From contig OZ024740.1 of the NCBI GenBank assembly GCA_964016885.1, positions 307,024,001 to 307,088,000 on the forward strand: DNA of 64,000 bases, written 5' to 3'. This document shows positions 26,321 to 40,250 of this stretch, one piece after another (the first letter of the stretch is position 1; each line of letters opens with the position of its first letter). Under the pieces are notes generated by a model. The model was not told the origin of the DNA. It ran no database searches and saw nothing but the letters and a program-made list of their open reading frames with translations. Made by a program: the position numbers and the translations under genes. The DNA is from Eledone cirrhosa. Its lineage: Eukaryota.

Positions 26321-26734
26321 ATGTAATTACATTTGCTCCTGGGATCAATTTTCAATTGTTGGCAGCAAAATTTGAACATTAAAAACTCTATAAGACTAAT
26401 CCAACACTTTAACCACTGAATATTTCATTTCAGAATTAATAAGGAAAACTAATCCTCCTCATCATCATCACCATCATTTTAATGTCTGCTTTCCCTGCTA
26501 GCAAGGGTTGGATAGGTCTACATAAACCGAGTCAGTATTGAAGAGGAGCTACTGATCTCCCAGGCTTTATGTATGGTCAACGCTCAATCAAGCGCACAGG
26601 TGAGGTTGTCATGTCTTTGATACAACTGAGGGTCCTCCTGATCCTTTTGTTTGGCAACATTTCTAAGGATGGATGCCCGTTCTATCAACAATCATAAATA
26701 TATATATTGTTTCAAATGAGCAAGATAATTAATA

Positions 26735-29700
26735 AAATAATTTGACTGTCTGTAATGAGAAACATCTAATAATATTGGCGTTCATGCCTTTCCAAAGAAC
26801 AATTGCAATATAAATGAAGTGAAATAGTCATAAACAAGAATGGAAATGTGGTTGCTCAGTCTATATCACTATACCAAACCTACATATATTATCATACCAA
26901 ACACACATACCATTACATCAAACATCCATACCACTATACTGAATAACCATGCTACTGTATCAACCACACATACCACTATACCAACCACATATACCATTAA
27001 ATCAAACACATATATTATTATGTCAAAGACACAAACCATTATACCAAACCTACATATATTACTATACCAAACATACGTACCATTAAACCAAACATCCATA
27101 CCACTATACCAATCATCCATACCACTATACCAATCATCCATACCACTATACCAATCATCCATACCATTATACCAATCATCCATACCACTATACCAATCAT
27201 CCATACCACTATGTCAACCAGATATACCACTATACCAATCATCCATACCACTATACCAATCATCCATACCACTATACCAATCATCCATACCACTATACCA
27301 ATCATCCATACCACTATACCAATCATCCATACCACTATACCAATCATCCATACCACTATACCAATCATCCATACCACTATACCAATCATCCATACCACTA
27401 TACCAATCATCCATACCACTATACCAATCATCCATACCACTATACCAATCATCCAAACCACTATACCAATTATCCATACCACTATACCAATCATCCATAC
27501 CACTATACCAATCATCCATACCACTATACCAATCATCCAAACCACTATACCAATCATCCATACCACTATACCAATCATCCATACCACTATACCAATCATC
27601 CATACCACTATGTCAACCAGATATACCACTATACCAATCATCCATACCACTATACCAATCATCCAAACCACTATACCAATCATCCATACCACTATGTCAA
27701 CCAGATATACCACTATACCAATCATCCATACCACTATACCAATCATCCAAACCACTATACCAATCATCCATACCACTATACCAATCATCCAAACCACTAT
27801 ACCAATTATCCATACCACTATACCAATCATCCATACCACTATACCAATCATCCATACCACTATACCAATCATCCAAACCACTATACCAATTATCCATACC
27901 ACTATACCAATCATCCATACCACTATACCAATCATCCATACCACTATACCAATCATCCATACCACTATACCAATCATCCATACCACTATACCAATCATCC
28001 ATACCACTATACCAATCATCCATACCACTATACCAATCATCCATACCACTATACCAATCATCCAAACCACTATACCAATTATCCATACCACTATACCAAT
28101 CATCCATACCACTATACCAATCATCCAAACCACTATACCAATCATCCATACCACTATACCAATCATCCAAACCACTATACCAATCATCCATACCACTATA
28201 CCAATCATCCAAACCACTATACCAATCATCCATACCACTATACCAATCATCCATACCACTATACCAATCATCCAAACCACTATACCAAGCACACATACCA
28301 CTATACCAATCATCCATACCACTATACCAATCATCCATACCACTATACCAATCATCCATACCACTATACCAATCATCCATACCACTATACCAATCATCCA
28401 TACCACTATACCAATCATCCAAACCACTATACCAATTATCCATACCACTATACCAATCATCCATACCACTATACCAATCATCCATACCACTATACCAATC
28501 ATCCATACCACTATACCAATCATCCATACCACTATACCAATCATCCATACCACTGTACCAATCACCAAACCACTATACCAATCATCCATACCACTATACC
28601 AATCATCCATACCACTATACCAATCATCCAAACCACTATACCAATCATCCATACCACTATACCAATCATCCATACCGCTATACCAATCATCCATACCACT
28701 ATACCAATCATCCAAACCACTATACCAATCATCCATACCACTATACCAATTATCCATACCACTATACCAAGCACACATACCACTATACCAATCATCCATA
28801 CCACTATGTCAACCAGATATACCACTATACCAAAACAGATATACCACTATACTGAATAACCATGCTACTGTATCAACAAGAAATACCACATTACCAACCA
28901 CACATACGACAATACCAACCAAATATACCACTATATCAACTATACATACCATCATACCAATAACAGATACCACCATACCAAAACAGACACTACTATACCA
29001 ATTATTCATACCACTATACCAAGACAGACATACCACAATACCAAGACAGACATATCACTATACCAAGACAGCTATACCCCTATATCAACCAGTAATACCA
29101 CTATACCAACCAGACATACCACTACACAACCATCCATATCACTACATCAACCAGATATACCACTATACCAATTACTCATACCACTATACCAAAACAGACA
29201 TACCACTATACAACCACCCAAACCACTACACCAACCAGATATACCACTATATCAACCAACAATACCACTATAGCAATCACCTATACCACTATACTAAAAC
29301 AGACAACCTGCTATTTCTTCTTCTCTTGGTAATATGTTTATTAACATCAAAAAAGATAAAAAGAATAAAATGAAATAATAGAAATATAATTCAAAAACGT
29401 TTAAATTCTCCAAAACACTGCAACCATTTGTCGTTGTATATATATATATATATATATTATAGCTAGATAGATGAGTTGTAGAATAGTAAGAAGAGCAAGG
29501 TGTGTTGTAGTTAAAGTCAACTAAACATGATTACTACACTTGCAGCTTTAATGTCAGGTGTTTCTCTTTTAATTGTCTAACCTCTTTAAATATGTTGCAT
29601 GTAAGTGCAGAATTGATTTTGTCACATGTAACAGCAATAGAAAGCATTACAGTGTTCTATTACTGAGAGTAGAGAGAAAATCTATCAACAGCAATGATAT

Positions 29701-29836
29701 ATAGTTGCTATACATATACAGATGTTCTTATTTTGGGTGTTGTTTTTTTTGTTTTAGCTATCCTATAGAGTTGCCTCCTGAGGTTATTTCAATCTCAAGT
29801 AGTCACATGATTAATATGCATATCTGGATACATTAA
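26735..29836 (+). repeat. Inverted segmental duplication, copy 1
   Basis: Unique flanks 26735-27100 and 29300-29836 are near-identical reverse complements of 61210-61574 and 56574-57150. Confidence 0.92.
27090..29300. repeat. 21-bp minisatellite (ATACCACTATACCAATCATCC)n with degenerate right end
   Basis: Direct reading; source of the SSIPLYQ / IHTTIPI ORFs. Confidence 0.97.
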
Positions 29837-29944
29837 ATATATATATATATCATCCTCATCATTTTCATCATGTATATATATATCATCACCACCATTTCCA
29901 TCATATATATATATAATTAGAATTGGTGCTCTGAAATAGCAATA

Positions 29945-30191
29945 TATATATGAATGTATATATAGTGTATTTTGCAATACACTGTATGCTTAATTAAAAG
30001 CATTTCGAAGACCTTACGCTATTGTTTTAGAGTAGTGACAGTCTCACTTACTTTAAATTTTCCTCCGTTTGCTGAAAATTTAAAGTAAGTGAGACCGTCA
30101 ATACTCTAAAACAATAGCGTAAGGTCTTCGAAATGCTTTTAATTAAGCATACAGTGTATTGCAAAATACACTATATATACATTCATATATA
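29945..30191. repeat. ~117-bp-arm foldback palindrome (13-nt spacer) with a hammerhead-like remnant
   Basis: 29945-30061 vs 30075-30191 with about 2 mismatches; CTGAAAA at the apex; GAAA-TGCTT ttaatt AAGCA-TA downstream. Confidence 0.88.
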
Positions 30192-30234
30192 CATATATAT
30201 ATAATCATTTTCATCATATATGTATTTTTTTTTA

Positions 30235-30566
30235 GGTCCCCACCGGTCACTATAAACCATTGTTTTACACCTAGAAAGTTTTCCTCCAAGGCACAAGCCT
30301 GAGCAAGGTTTGTTTGTGGAAGACCAACAATTGCCCATGCATACCAGTCTCCCTTCTCCATGCCACCGATGTTGTCCAAGGGAAAGGCAATGGGCAATAC
30401 AGCTTGGTACCAGTAATGCTGCAACTCATTTCAACAGCTGAGTAAACTGGAGCAACATGAAATAAAGTATCTTGCTCAAGGACATAATGCATCATTTGGT
30501 CCGAGAATCGAACACAACTTCTCAATTGCAAGCCCAATGCTCTAACCACGAAGCTATGCGCCTTCA
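30235..30566 (-). mobile_element. SINE family 2 (CORE-like) copy
   Basis: GGCGCATAGCTTCGTGG head, GTTCGATTCTC B box, GTCCTTGAGCAAGATACTT. Confidence 0.7.
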
Positions 30567-30911
30567 TGTATATATATATTGTATATATATATCAATGATC
30601 ATTATCATCATTTGACATCCTTACTATATATAAATATCTATGCATATATAATTATATCTATATATAAATATTTATAAATATATAATGTAGGTAATATTAA
30701 ATATTATCCAATTATCAAAGTGTAATATATGCATATATATCTATTTCAAAATGTGTGCATCCCAGTGCAAATCATCTTAATAATTGATCATTGTAAATTA
30801 TCATAGAGAATATTGGATAAATTTCCCCAGGAGATGGAAAAAGTGAGGAAATGAAGCGAGCATCTCTCTATCTATCTATCTATACATGTACAGACACAAA
30901 CAGACATATAT

Positions 30912-31026
30912 ATAATTCAAATTTGAAAGATATATTTAGAGAGAGAGCAAGAGTCATATATCATTTGAGAAACATTATATGATTCGTTCTCTCACTCTCT
31001 AAATATATCTTTTAAATCTGAATTAT
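30912..31026. repeat. Imperfect ~50-bp-arm inverted repeat
   Basis: AATTCAAATTTGAAAGATATATTTAGAGAG...CATATA vs TATATG...CTCTCTAAATATATCTTTTAAATCTGAATT. Confidence 0.7.
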
Positions 31027-31115
31027 TGATATGCTGAAGCAAGGTCCATTGAGCTTATATTTTGAGAAACATAATCATCATACATATTAAATAAGTATTG
31101 ATATCTTAACATAGG

Positions 31116-31208
<93 letters not shown>

Positions 31209-31209
31209 C

Positions 31210-31784
31210 CATCAACATTATTCTTTTCCTCAACCTGAGTTCATCACTGATGACCTCTGCCTTGGTGCCAACGGCTATGTGAGGCTCCTGAATGAGCACG
31301 TCAAGCCCTGGATGGACAGGAGAGCTAATGGGTGGCCCTACATCTTTCAACAGGACTCTGCCCTACCCACAAAGCCAGGATCACCCAGGCTTGGCTCTTT
31401 ACCGACGTACTGTATCATTGGCCATCCAACTTTGCCACCCCTTATTGCCAGACTGTAATCCACACGATTATTTTGTGTGGGGTATTTTGGATTTTGGAGA
31501 GGGAGGTGAACAGCAAGCCCTGCAACACCAAGGAGGCTCTGAAGGCAACCACCAGGGACAACATGACCAACATGGACAGTGGCACCATTGCCAAGGTCTG
31601 CTCCAGCTTCCAGTCTCACCTGGAGGAAGTGGTGGCCACTTATGGTGACCACATCGAGTGATTTTTGTACCTTATATATGTGCCTAACTATATAAAATTT
31701 CATAGAAATATATTAATTTGTTATATAAAAATTACTGTGTTTATTATCCATTAATTTTTTCAAGATTTATCTGCACCACACAGT
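31210..31784 (+). mobile_element. Tc1/mariner-superfamily (DDxD-type) transposase 3' fragment
   Basis: YIFQQDSA-PTHKARITQAWL ... PDCNPHDYFVWG-LEREVN ... RLEEVV-like end ...GDHIE*; frameshifted. Confidence 0.8.
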
Positions 31785-32987
31785 ATGTTATATATATATA
31801 TCATCATCATCATCATCATCATTGTTTAACGTCCATTTTCCTTGCTAGCATGGGTTAGACAGGTTGTCCCATTAGAGGCAAGTTGGGCCAGATGATTGTG
31901 TCTATATGTATATCATGCTAGCATGGAAAAGTGGATGATGATGACGTATTTTTTTTTCAATATTTTGACAATAAATATTTTTATAATTGTTATATTAAAT
32001 GGATTTAAGTTTTGTCAAATATTACTGATTTCGATTAGTATGTCAATCTTATCAAATATTAAAAAGTTTGTTCTCATATTCTATGGACAGTTAGAACATA
32101 TGATAATTTTCTCTCAAAATCTCTTCTTATATGTTCTATATGAAGGTAGAGTGGTAATGGTGAAAGTGATGTTCAACAGATCAGGATTCATTGATTCACT
32201 AGAAAATTATTCTCTTGATTAAAATTAAAAGTTCTTTTTCTATTCTGAATAAAGGTAAACATCACATGATTAGAAGATAGCAGTGGAATTTGAAAATTGA
32301 ATTTAAAAATTGAATTTGTAAAATGAATTTGTAAGTTTTACTGTATTTTTTTGACAAGAGGGTGTATAATTCCCAGAATGGAAACAAATGGGCTCCACCA
32401 CACCTGGGAAAGATATGGCATTTAATTATATATCACTACCAACTTGTAGCTTCTAAATTTAACACAAAAAAAAGCTACTCTTGAATCTCGAATAATAACC
32501 CCCTCTCACATTAATTTTCCAGATTTTTTTCCACCCCAGCTCTTATTCCGAAACCCTGGCTTATTAAATTTTGGTGAAATTTTATTTTAAGTGGTAGCAT
32601 TCCTGTGACAATTTATGTTCTTTATACATTAAAACACATTATACATGACAAAAGAAGTACATTACAAGAAATCCCATATGTTATAAAATAAATAGGATGG
32701 GTTCGGGTCCTAGTATGTAAACTAAACGACTAATTCTGGTTTTAAAAAAAAATGTTTAAGAGGTGATTAAATAGAGCAGTTGGTGGTCCAGCAAAAATTA
32801 GGAATTAGTATTGGTCCTCTGAAATAGCGATGTATATATGAATGTATGTATAGTATATTTGATAACATACTTGTCGATTATTCCCCTTTGTCAAGAATAA
32901 GTAAGTGACATAGTCATTAATTTAAAATTCCTAGTGAATGGTCTTCAAAATGTTTTTAATTAAACATACAGCATATTATCAAATATA

Positions 32988-33021
<34 letters not shown>

Positions 33022-33669
33022 GAGTATAACCGAAGTTGCAACTGCACTATAGCAGATGAACAATCTGAATCATAAGAGGCAGTCACAAAGAACTCAATAA
33101 GTGAGGAATTGATAAATTTCTACTCAGAGCAAACACAAAAAGTTAAGGAATAGTGAAACCAAGAATAAATCGCCATAGTAATACAACATCGATATATACA
33201 AACAGGTAAAAAAAACTAACCAGATCCTTCTCGATTGGATATGAATTGGTAAAAATCGATAAGTATCTTTGATAGGTCTCTGGGATTCCGGAGAGTATAC
33301 GCAAGTCAGTGATGCATCATTTGATGGAATGGGGATATCCCTTTGTCAAAGGTTTTACGTTCCATATTCTTAGGCGTTCCATATTCTTAGGGTTGTACGA
33401 CAGCACCGCCAGTCGACTGTAATAGCAATTTTGGCAGTGAGGTCATATGATCTTTCTCAAAAGAGGAAGGTCAGTTAGCCGAAGTTTTGGCAGGAATATT
33501 CAAAGAGTGAACAAAGGATTTTTTGACAGCCTCAAAATAAGCTCTCAACTAGGTTTATAAACAATCAATTAAACATTAATTATAAAGACAAGGAGAAAAA
33601 TAAAATAATGAGTATAACTGAAGTTGCAGCTGCACTATAACAGATGAACAATCAATATCTGTATATATA

Positions 33670-33846
33670 TAATTGTTTCTACTTTAGGCACAAGGCCAGC
33701 AATTACCCAGTGCATTACTGGTACTTTATTTTATCGACTCCGTAAGGATGAAAGGCAAAGTCAACCTCGGCGGGATTTGAACTCAGATCGTAAAGAGACG
33801 TAACTATGCTTGAAAGCATGGCGTCTGACCCTCTACCGATACTACC
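33670..33846 (-). mobile_element. SINE family 1 copy
   Basis: Reverse-complement match to the consensus. Confidence 0.85.
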
Positions 33847-34590
33847 ATATAATGAAGTTTTCTGTGTGTGTGGACAATTTTTAATGAGGGCTCATATATT
33901 CTAAACCATTCAAGCGATTTCTTTGAAAATTTCTACAGAGCTTCTCCTTGCACAAAACTTGTACATGATCTACAAAGGCTTTCAAAAATCGATATTGGGG
34001 CCTTTGGAGACATTAAAAAAGTTGCGGTTATTTGTGTCAATTTTCGGGATTAAGTAAGACAAGAATTATCTTTCGTCAAAACAATAGGAATTCATTTTTG
34101 ATGACGTTGGCTGTTCACGAGTTGGTAATCCTGACAACCTATTTATGCTCCTGACGGGAAAACCCAAAAAGTTGTGTATAAATCTGCTCTTCAATAATCC
34201 AAAAGACAATGAGTGCTCCCACCCAACATCAACCTCTTTTTATAACGATTTGCTCATCCATCAGCCCCCCCCCACCCCTGTTATGTCCAATCTGTGTTGT
34301 TATTCCAACCTATGTACATAATAATGTCTATTATTCACTTCACTTCTCTATTTCATGATGCGCTTTTACTGTTATCAAAAAAATGTATACTTAGACTGGA
34401 TTTCTGAGGTTACATGGGATAACGGAAGACACCGAGCTCTCATATTAATTATTTCACTGGAATAGTGTCTAAGGTTTTCATATTTACATAAAGTACGTTT
34501 TTCTTCTATGTATTCAAATTTACTTTGTTTAGTTTAATGAGCTACATCGAAAGCTACTTGAACCATCCAAAGAACGGGTACTTTAGCTAG
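33847..34590 (+). mobile_element. Non-autonomous Helitron retaining the helicase C-terminus
   Basis: 34110-34197 translates CSRVGNPDNLF-YAPDGKTQKVVYKSALQ* (typical Helitron helicase end); element ends GGGTACTTTAGCTAG. Confidence 0.6.
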
Positions 34591-35203
34591 TATATATATA
34601 AAACTGAAAATGTCTGTCTGTGTGTGTGTGTGTGTGTCTGAATCCCTAAAACTCGAAAAGTACTCAACCGATTTTTTTCAAACTTTACATGTGTATTACT
34701 TATGTTTCAGGGAGTGTTGTGCAAAATTCAACTTTTTGATCCCCTAGGGCCCGCATTAGGTGAACAACTTCGTTTTTTCAGCTGTTTAGGTTTTTTTTAA
34801 GCGTTACATCAGACCGATTTCCTTGAAATTGTAACTATGTATTAGTCAGTCTCTTCTTCATACCGTAAGCAAAGAAAATCCAACTTTTTTATGGCCTAGG
34901 GCCGGCATTAGGTGAAAAACTTCATCTTTTCAGCTTTTTTGAGGCATTACGTCTAGCCGATTTTCCCGAAATTTCAAGGCATATTATGCACATAAAAAAA
35001 TTCACCCCCAGGGCCCGCATTAGGTGAAAACCTGCATTTTTCCTGCTTCATCGAGGAAAATCTTAAAGATTATCCAGCCATCAGAGTATTCGGTTTATTT
35101 TCTTTACATATTGTCCAGGCATGCAGTTTTTCCACGATTAGGTCTGTTGGCGGCCTGCGTTCCAAAATACCTTATCCCGTGCAACGCCGGGTACCACTGC
35201 TAG
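34591..35203 (+). mobile_element. Non-autonomous Helitron
   Basis: 5' TATATATATAAAACTGAA..(TG)n; 3' hairpin CCCGTGCAACGCCGGG followed by CTAG|T; three internal AGGGCC(C/G)GCATTAGGTGAA repeats. Confidence 0.8.
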
Positions 35204-35212
35204 TATATATAT

Positions 35213-35497
35213 ATATGAAACACAAATGAACATTTTGAAGACCAACACAATGTGTATGGAGAATGTTAAATTGCCAAGATAACAAACAAATCTTACCTTA
35301 GCAAATTTAATGATCCAAAATATTTTGGGGTTTAAAAACCCATTATCAAGGGAGAGACTTAAAAATCGATCAGAGAGACTTGCTTGTTTGGGAGCAGATT
35401 TAAATTTGCTAAGGTAAGATTCTTTTGTTATCTTAGCAATTTAACATTCTCCATACGCATTGGGTTGGTCTTCAAAATTTAAATTTGTGTTTCATAT
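35213..35497. repeat. ~98-bp-arm imperfect inverted repeat, ~90-nt spacer
   Basis: 35213-35310 vs 35400-35497, bounded by (TA)n. Confidence 0.85.
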
Positions 35498-35544
35498 TAA
35501 ACAATGCTTCAAGCAAGCTACAAAACTTTGTTATATATATATAT

Positions 35545-36810
35545 CATCATCATCACCATTTTATGTCCATTCTTCCAAGCTAGCATGGGTTAGACAAGTT
35601 GTCCTGTTGGGGGCAATGCTAGGTCAGGTGACCATGTCTTGCTCATACAGAACTGATTCTGGCTTGGTTTCTACAGCTAGATGCACTTCCTAATGCCAAC
35701 CTCATTTACAGTGTGGGCCGGGTGCTTTTTGTCATGACACCTACACGACCACATTACAGTGTGGGTTGAGCACTTTTTGCCGTGTCACCATTACGACCAC
35801 TTTACAGTGTGCGCGGGGGGCTTCACTGGATGCGTTTGCTTTGGCATTTCCTCATGGGGGGGGGGTGTATGAGGGTGGGTCGGGGCATATTGTATATATG
35901 CTTCAGCTTCGGCCTGTGCCCATGGGAAGTTGGGTCTTCTGTATTAATGCGTAACGCCAGAGATCTTGGTCCTGCGTCATCATCTCCATCGACTTTGAGC
36001 GCTCTGCATCTTTTTATGCAGCTGTCATCCTTCATATGTATCACATGTCCATACCAATGTAATCTCTCTTGCACGCAATATTTGGTTTCTCTTATGCCTA
36101 ATTTCTCTCTCAGTTCGTTTATGCTTTGCTGTTCATGTATATTACTATTACACATCCACCGGAGCATGTAAGCTTAATTTTTTCCAATCTATGCAAGTCT
36201 TCTACTCACAGTGCCCAGGTTTCACTGCCATGCAATATTGCTATTCGTATGCACGCATAATACAGTCTGCCTTTCATTTTGAGGGAAAAGCCTGTGGTTC
36301 CTGTGGTTGTTTGCTGCTTACTGTCCCGGTGCAGCTGTTACATGTAAAGCCTACATTTTCAGCTAAACTTACTGAGATCCCACTACATCTTTAGTGTACC
36401 CCCATAATTTGCATTTAGGGCAGAGGATGGAATTTCTACCTACACCTTTCCTACATACTGAGCTAGGCTATTTCCCTGAAGGGATTTAGTTCTGCTTTCT
36501 CTTCTACTTACTAGGACCTTAGTCTTTGTCAGGTTGACTTTAAGACCACGTCTTTCTAGGCCCTGCTTCCATGTTTAGAATTTCTTCTCTAGTTCCACCA
36601 TGGATTCAACTATGAGTGGAAGATCATCTACGTACAGGAGTTCCCATGGGCAGCCGGTCTTAAACTCCTCTGTTATAGCCTGCAATATGATAATAAACAA
36701 GAGAGGGCTAAGAACAGAGTCCTGGTGGACGCCTACCTTTACACTAAATTCCTTGCTATAGTCATTGTTAATCCTAACTTTGTTGACTGCTCCCCTACAC
36801 ATGGCTTGTA
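35545..36810 (-). mobile_element. Degenerate RTE copy (A-related subfamily) with SINE-like 3' UTR
   Basis: GVHQDSVLSPLLF, LLYVDD, ERLHWYGHV; (GAT)n tail. Confidence 0.8.
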
Positions 36811-37591
36811 TGTTTGTATGTATGTATGAATGTATGTATGAATGTATGTATGCATGTATGCATGCATGCATGTATGTATATCATATCAGGCTGCTCTTCG
36901 GCATAACTGGTAACATGTAACGCAGTACAACCATTGCATGGTTGTGTCATCAGTGACTAAATTGGCAACCCAGCAAGCTTGCTTGGTGAGGAGGGTGATT
37001 TTGGACACCTTGCGGCATGAAAAACAAAACCCTTCAATGGGTGGAGGAACTTAAGAGAGTCAACGACTATCCAATAAAGTTTTTTATTTTTATTTATTTA
37101 TATACATATTTTTTTAGAGCGAGAGACTCCTAGTCTTAATTAAGACATCTCACTAGGAGATGGTCACTCTGATATGAAACCTGCGACTTCGTTTGCATCC
37201 AATGATATAACTAGTTCTACTTTTTGGGCAAATGTATTCGATGTTTTCGATGTTCAATGAGTGTGATTGGCCTCGTTTAAAGCCTTTCCTTACTTAAAAA
37301 GCTTCAAGCACAGGCATCACTTAATAAGTGACATCTTTTGTGATGCATGGCATTGTTGGCCATAGGCAAGTCCCTAGAGGACTAAAAAGCCACACTCATG
37401 ATGCATATGCTTAAGTAACAACCAATGGCATTAATGAAAATTGAGTTGCAGCCATCATGCATGCATGTATGTATAACTTCATGTTTGCATAAAATATGTA
37501 CAGTAGCTATGTTAGTATAGTGTGAACATATGTCTCTGTAATATATACTTGTGACTGTATGTCTGTATATATATCTCATTATAGTGTATTG

Positions 37592-37798
37592 CAGTGGATT
37601 GACACATTGGTAAGGTATTGGAGAACATACTTTGCAGCATAGAGTTATGGCCCTTTGTGTTCTGAATTAAATCCCGCCATGGTTAACTTTGCCTTTCACC
37701 CTCACGAGGTCAATAAAATAAAGTACCAGTAATGTACTTGGGTCAATTTAATCGCCTTTGCCAAAAATTGTTGGCCTTGTGCCTAAATCAGAAACCAT
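37592..37798 (+). mobile_element. Diverged SINE family 1 copy
   Basis: GGTTAACTTTGCCTTTCA...AAAGTACC...GGCCTTGTGCCTAAA. Confidence 0.7.
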
Positions 37799-37823
37799 TG
37801 TAGTGTGTGGCATGTAGTTGTGA

Positions 37824-38611
37824 TTCATCATTATCATCGTTTAATGTCCATCTTTCACGCTAGCATGGGTTTAGACGGGAATTGTCCCACCTGAGGCAAG
37901 ATTGGTCGTCTCGTTCGTATGGGACTGTCTGGCGGGTTTTCCATGGCTGGATGCCCTTCCTAACACCAACCGCGTTTACAGTGTGGACTGGGAGGTTTTT
38001 ACCGCGTTACCTATACGGCCACATTACAGAGTGGACTGTGTGTTTTTTGTCGTGAGTCCTACACGACCTCATTTATTTAGGACTGGATGTTGTGGTACCA
38101 ACATAACTTTACAGAGAAAGGGGTGGTGTTGATGGGAGTGGGGGTGGGGGAGTTGGGGGAGTGGGATGGGGGTGTATATTTGATTAAGAGGTGCCTACTG
38201 ATTGTAGGTTTCGCTTTGTACTTAGGCAAGGCAGGTTTTCTGTATTACTGTGTAGCGCCAAAGATTTCGGTCCAGTGACATTGTCTTGGAGAGGTGTAAG
38301 TCTGTAAGGTCAGAATTTATCAAATCGTCCCAGGATTTTCTGGGTCTGCCTACTCCGTAACTTCCGTCAATTTTGATCGCCCTGCACTTTTTTATACAGC
38401 TGTTGTCTTTCATGCGCATCATGTGACCATACCAACATAGTCTTCTCTCGAGTAAACAGCATCTGATCCCTCTTATACCTAATTTCTCACTTAGTTCATT
38501 TATAGTTCCAGCGGAGAATGCATGCTTCGTTCCTCTCCAGTCTGCGCAGATCCTCTGCACACAATGCCCATGTCTCACTGCAATGTAACATAGTTGTTCG
38601 TATGCAGGCAT
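37824..38611 (-). mobile_element. RTE-A 3' fragment
   Basis: Similar to 11766-12600. Confidence 0.85.
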
Positions 38612-38749
38612 TATAATACCTATACTAAATGTGATTAACGTTATGTATGTGGGATCTCAGGCAGGCTAGCAAAGAACAAGGGTTTTACATGTTATCAATG
38701 CACAGGACCAGTAAGCTGCATGTGCTCGCAGGAACCAAGCCCTATCAGA

Positions 38750-39340
38750 TGCTCAGAAAACCTATGTAGATTGGAAAGAAATGAAGCTTGCATGCTCCAG
38801 TGGATGTGTAATAATAATATACATGAATGACAAAATGTCAATGAACTGAGAGAGAAATTGGGCATAAGAGGTATCAGATGCAATGTGCAGGAGAGGAAAT
38901 TGCAGTGATATAGACATGTGATGCATATGAAGGATGACAACTGCATAAAAAGATGCATGGTACTTGAAGTTGAAGGCAGCTGTGGCAGCGGAAGACCTAG
39001 GAAAGTATGGGATGAAATGATAAAAGCTGACCTCACACAGTTAACCCTTTAGCATTTAAACCGGCTGTATATGGCCAGAATTCTCTCACTTCTTTCTGTT
39101 CAAATTGGCTGTAACTGGCCACTCATACTGATGTTAAGGTATTGTTCTCAAAATAAATAACATCAAAATCTCATAGATTCCCTATTATGTGAGATAATTA
39201 TATGAGGTAAAGCGTTTACCCTGAAAATATAACAATATATATAGAGTAATGTAAATGCTAATGGGTTAAACCTCTCAATGGTGATGAAACAGGATGATGG
39301 TCTCTGGTGATAATGCAGTATTGCAGAAGACACCTCTCCA
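38750..39340 (+). mobile_element. Degenerate RTE 3' fragment interrupted by a piggyBac MITE
   Basis: LERNEACML.WMC, GRPRKVWDEMIKADLT, then the TTAA-flanked MITE. Confidence 0.7.
39045..39265. mobile_element. piggyBac-type MITE
   Basis: TTAA TSD on both sides, CCCTTTAGCATTTA TIR. Confidence 0.8.
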
Positions 39341-39569
39341 TGTGCACAGGATGAAGTAAACATCTTGAGGACATTAGTCTGCACCAAATCTTCTCCTCTC
39401 CCCTCGCCTATATACCTGCCATATCTTAACACTCTCTCATCATCCTTCACCAGCCAAGCTCCCCTCCTTAGACCTACCACTCCACTCTCCATCCTGCATA
39501 CACTCATCATACCCTCCCGCTAATCCTCCATCAAGATTTGGTCCTCAGCCCACACCTGTTTATTACAGT

Positions 39570-40250
39570 TTTCCATGCCATAAGAGAGGAGTTTAAGACC
39601 GGCTGTCCATAGGAACTTCTGTATGCTGATGATCTGGTTCTTGTAGATTCTTATTATTGTGTCCACACTTATAACTATTGCTTGTGGTGGTGATAGGGCT
39701 GCAGCATGGACACTCCTATCTTGACCCCAGTTCTTGAAGATGAATCTGTGGAAGAACTAGAGAATAAATTCTGGCTGTAGAAACAGAATCAAAACCAAAT
39801 TTGCTGAGAGTAAACTTGGCAAAAAAACCAATGTGTTAGTAAGTAGGAAAGAAGACAGGATCTTAATATTATTAGGGATGTGGCATTTCTCAATATGTAG
39901 AAAAGGAGTAAGCAGAAACTCTTAAATGATGTAAGCATAGATGAACTGAGAGAAAGAAAAACAGGGTATAAGAGGAATCAGATGTAATGTGCAAAAGAGA
40001 AAACTCTACTAGTAATAGACATGGGATGTGCATAAATGTTGATTGCCAAGAAATCCCAGTGAAAGGAAGCTACAGTAGAGGAAGACCTGCATGGAGGTGG
40101 TGAGAGCATATCTCAAATTGCTGAAGCTTACAAATAAGATTTCAAAGGAATGCAATGAGTGGAGGAATGTTTTGCTGAAAAAAGACCCATCCAACCCATG
40201 CAAGCATGGAAAAGTGAACTTAAAATGGTGATGATGAAGATGATGATGAT
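39570..40250 (+). mobile_element. Highly degenerate RTE-B-like fragments
   Basis: EEFKTGCP*ELLYADDLVL, VEELENKFWL; (GAT)n tail. Confidence 0.6.

Noticed and set aside
27090-28830. CRISPR-like array
   Set aside because: Contiguous tandem units without unique spacers; eukaryotic context; no cas genes
26840-29373. 580-720-aa repetitive ORFs
   Set aside because: 21-bp minisatellite open in multiple frames; the paralogous copy has different content
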